Shown here in pieces: positions 33,697-35,473 of a stretch of DNA of 35,473 nt; the stretch's first letter is position 1, and each line of letters begins with the position of its first letter. The position numbers and the translations under genes were made by a program. Under the pieces are notes generated by a model that was not told where the DNA came from, made no database searches, and saw only the letters and a program-made list of their open reading frames with translations. This DNA is from an uncultured Bacilli bacterium (GTDB lineage: Bacteria > Bacillota_I > Bacilli_A > RF39 > UBA660), in contig CANQYR010000001.1 of NCBI GenBank assembly GCA_947628125.1, positions 1 to 35,473 on the forward strand, in the 5' to 3' direction.

Positions 33697-33894
33697 TTAG
33701 ATAACAGATTTAATTCTGTTAGCTTCTCCTTTACTTAAAGTTCCTTTATTTCTTCTTTGCCGAACTTGTTTTGCACTATCTTTACTCGTCTTATGATTTC
33801 CACCACTCAATTTGTAACTTAAAGAACCATTTTTCTTTTTCTTGAAAACTTTGCTACTTGATTTATGCGTCTTCATTTTTGGACCCTTTGCCAT
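33697..33894 (-). CDS. rpmI: 50S ribosomal protein L35
   Basis: [23 protein letters not shown].. matches L35. I chose the internal ATG at 33894 (RBS GAAAGAAGG) over the longer track ORF, which would overlap infC. Confidence 0.9.
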   Translation of the reverse strand: MAKGPKMKTHKSSSKVFKKKKNGSLSYKLSGGNHKTSKDSAKQVRQRRNKGTLSKGEANRIKSVI

Positions 33895-33910
33895 ACACAA
33901 CCTTCTTTCT

Positions 33911-34435
33911 TTACTTTTTAGGTGCAAGAATAATTGTCATGATTTTTCCATCTTGCTTAACTTGAGTTTCAATAACTGAATAATCATTCAATTTTTCAGC
34001 AAACCGCATCAAAACTTCTCTACCCCGTTCTGGATGAGCTAGTTGCCGACCTTTAAAACGAATAAAGCCCTTAATCTTATGCCCCTTTAATAAATAATCC
34101 ATTGCATTTCTAACTCGCGTATCAAAATCATGAACATCAATATCAGGACTCAAACGATATTCTTTTAGATCCTTATTTGTTTCTCTTTGCTTCTTCATGG
34201 CCTCTTTTTGTTTTTTCTGCTTTTCATAACGATACTTATTATAATCCATAATTTTCGCTACTGCGGGCGTAGAATTGCCACTCATCAAAACCAAATCTAA
34301 ACCAGCAAAAGAAGCAACAGTCAAAGCATCCTCGCGACTTTTAATTCCCATTTGCTCACCATTGGGACCAATTACCATCAACTGCGCAACATTAATCGCG
34401 TCATTAATTAGTAACTCATCTTTTTTGCTTGCTAT
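33911..34435 (-). CDS. infC: Translation initiation factor IF-3, probable non-AUG start (ATA at 34435 or ATT at 34441)
   Basis: The reading frame stays open upstream of the track start. (I)ASKKDELLINDAINVAQLMVIGPNGEQMGIKS is the conserved IF3 N-terminus. GGAGG at 34449..34445 lies 9 nt from the ATA and 3 nt from the ATT. No in-frame ATG, GTG or TTG sits at a suitable distance. Confidence 0.9.
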   Translation of the reverse strand: MASKKDELLINDAINVAQLMVIGPNGEQMGIKSREDALTVASFAGLDLVLMSGNSTPAVAKIMDYNKYRYEKQKKQKEAMKKQRETNKDLKEYRLSPDIDVHDFDTRVRNAMDYLLKGHKIKGFIRFKGRQLAHPERGREVLMRFAEKLNDYSVIETQVKQDGKIMTIILAPKK

Positions 34436-34449
34436 ATTAATGCACCTCC

Positions 34450-34583
34450 ATACATGATAAAAGGCGGATAATATCCACCTACTTTTTAAAAGAATAAACT
34501 CAAAAAAATTCTTAAAAAAGCCTTTAACCCAGCAATCAAGTGCTCAGGTGAATGTGGATACATTTCTTTCCTTTTTCATAACA
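34450..34583 (-). promoter_or_regulatory. infC 5' leader with a terminator-like hairpin (candidate L20-responsive attenuator)
   Basis: The leader is about 130 nt, between the promoter and the RBS. The hairpin AGGUGGA-uauua-UCCGCCU (34480..34462) is followed by UUUAUC, just upstream of GGAGG. Confidence 0.45.
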
Positions 34584-34589
34584 ACATAG

Positions 34590-34618
34590 ATTTTATACTA
34601 TAAATATATGTTTGTCAA
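34590..34618 (-). promoter_or_regulatory. Sigma-A type promoter of the infC operon: TTGACA-17-TAAAAT
   Basis: Indexed: TTGACA at 34618..34613, a 17-nt spacer, and TAAAAT at 34595..34590. Confidence 0.7.
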
Positions 34619-34718
34619 GCCTAAAATTAAACCTTGTTAATCATCTCATTAAAGATTATAAAAACCTAGTCATAAAAATCATAGTTTCAAAGAAAAATAA
34701 ATTGCATTCAACCTTATT

Positions 34719-35473
34719 TTATTCTTTAGGCAAATCATCACTAATCAACTTAAACCCATAATGCTCTCTTATTTTATTTTCTAACTCAATCTTAAGAGCC
34801 TTATTTTGCTTTAATAAATTCTTAACATTTTCCTTACCTTGACCAATCTTTTCCCCCTTATAAGCATACCAAGCTCCCGATTTGTCAATAATATTTAACT
34901 CCGAAGCAATATCAACAATCTCTCCTTCTCTACTAACACCTTCACCATACATAATATCCACACAAGCACTCTTAAAAGGTGGAGCAACCTTATTTTTAAC
35001 AACCTTAATATTAGTCTTATTACCAATTACTTGATCAGAACCCTTTATCTGCTCACCTCTTCGAACATCAAGCCTAATCGTTGCATAAAACTTTAAAGCC
35101 CGGCCACCAGGTGTAGTTTCTGGATTACCAAACATAACTCCAACCTTTTCTCTTAATTGATTTATAAATATTGCTATTGTATTAGTCTTATTTATTGTTC
35201 CAGAAAGCTTACGCAAAGCTTGGCTCATTAGCCTTGCTTGTAAACCAACATGAGAATCTCCCATTTCACCTTCTATTTCTGCTTGTGGTACTAATGCTGC
35301 AACTGAATCAATAACTACTATATTTATAGCTTCACTTCTAACTAAGGCTTCACAAATTTCAAGAGCTTGCTCACCAGTATCTGGTTGAGATAATAAAAGT
35401 TCATTAATATTTACACCCAAATTTTTAGCATATGTAGGATCAAGTGCATGTTCAGCATCAATAAATGCTGCTC
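34719..35473 (-). CDS. recA: Recombinase RecA (N-terminus outside the window)
   Basis: ..[72 protein letters not shown].. The frame stays open to the window edge. Confidence 0.98.
   Translation of the reverse strand, partial: AAFIDAEHALDPTYAKNLGVNINELLLSQPDTGEQALEICEALVRSEAINIVVIDSVAALVPQAEIEGEMGDSHVGLQARLMSQALRKLSGTINKTNTIAIFINQLREKVGVMFGNPETTPGGRALKFYATIRLDVRRGEQIKGSDQVIGNKTNIKVVKNKVAPPFKSACVDIMYGEGVSREGEIVDIASELNIIDKSGAWYAYKGEKIGQGKENVKNLLKQNKALKIELENKIREHYGFKLISDDLPKE

Noticed and set aside
1095-34457. Other plus-strand track ORFs: 1095..1385, 2243..2458, 2558..2746, 4339..4710, 12479..12682, 14167..14364, 15187..15399, 22333..22581, 26034..26261, 27234..27530, 27919..28113, 33033..33458 and 34275..34457
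   Set aside because: Each lies wholly or mostly antisense to a well-supported minus-strand gene (lepA, sigA, rplT, infC and others). Their compositions are biased (I/L/N/K/S/P) and show no recognisable motifs. I treat them as shadow ORFs.
1-35473. CRISPR arrays, IS elements, integrases or prophage modules
   Set aside because: I saw no direct-repeat/spacer periodicity and no transposase, integrase or recombinase-like ORF. I saw no long inverted or direct repeats flanking the non-backbone blocks. A by-eye search cannot exclude short or degenerate repeats.
1-35473. Mollicutes-type genetic code (UGA read as Trp), considered because of the extreme AT richness
   Set aside because: All conserved proteins (LepA 600 aa, MutS 846 aa, DnaG, SigA, TyrS) are full length under the standard code. 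The Trp codons I inspected are TGG. The sporulation genes also argue against Mollicutes.

Overview
This is a strongly AT-rich chromosomal segment (GC not computed) from a spore-forming Bacillota (Firmicutes) genome. Conserved proteins are full length under the standard genetic code. Everything is on the minus strand except two tRNAs and one small CDS. The backbone is housekeeping and sporulation synteny resembling Bacillus subtilis: recA (partial) | infC-rpmI-rplT | rpsU | dnaG-sigA-trmK | mutS | rpmG-efp | tyrS | gpr | spoIIP-yqxA-like | lepA | hemW | envelope/lipid genes | tRNA-Arg, tRNA-Pro.

Several items are not explained by that backbone:
1. Three tandem paralogous proteins built from repeated HTH modules sit exactly at the lepA/hemW junction. 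The two long copies have a perfect consensus promoter. I do not recognise the family.
2. A translationally coupled trio lies between the yqxA-like gene and lepA: a radical-SAM DNA modification/repair-type protein, its DUF4130-type partner and an orphan divergent GroEL/Cpn60 paralog.
3. A sortase is paired with a repeat-rich surface protein carrying a VPNTA sorting motif.
4. A CDP-alcohol phosphatidyltransferase is fused to an HD domain.
5. Ribosomal protein L20 carries a C-terminal HeH/Rho_N-like extension.
6. At the left edge, a Cys-rich exported protein has a G10 tract in its promoter and a CUU-UAA frame break at codons 3-4. It sits next to an extracytoplasmic CPHC thiol-disulfide oxidoreductase.

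Two genes missing from the ORF track were found by hand: rpmG (57 aa) and the edge-truncated Cys-rich ORF. All functional calls rest on motif recognition by eye; no database search was possible.
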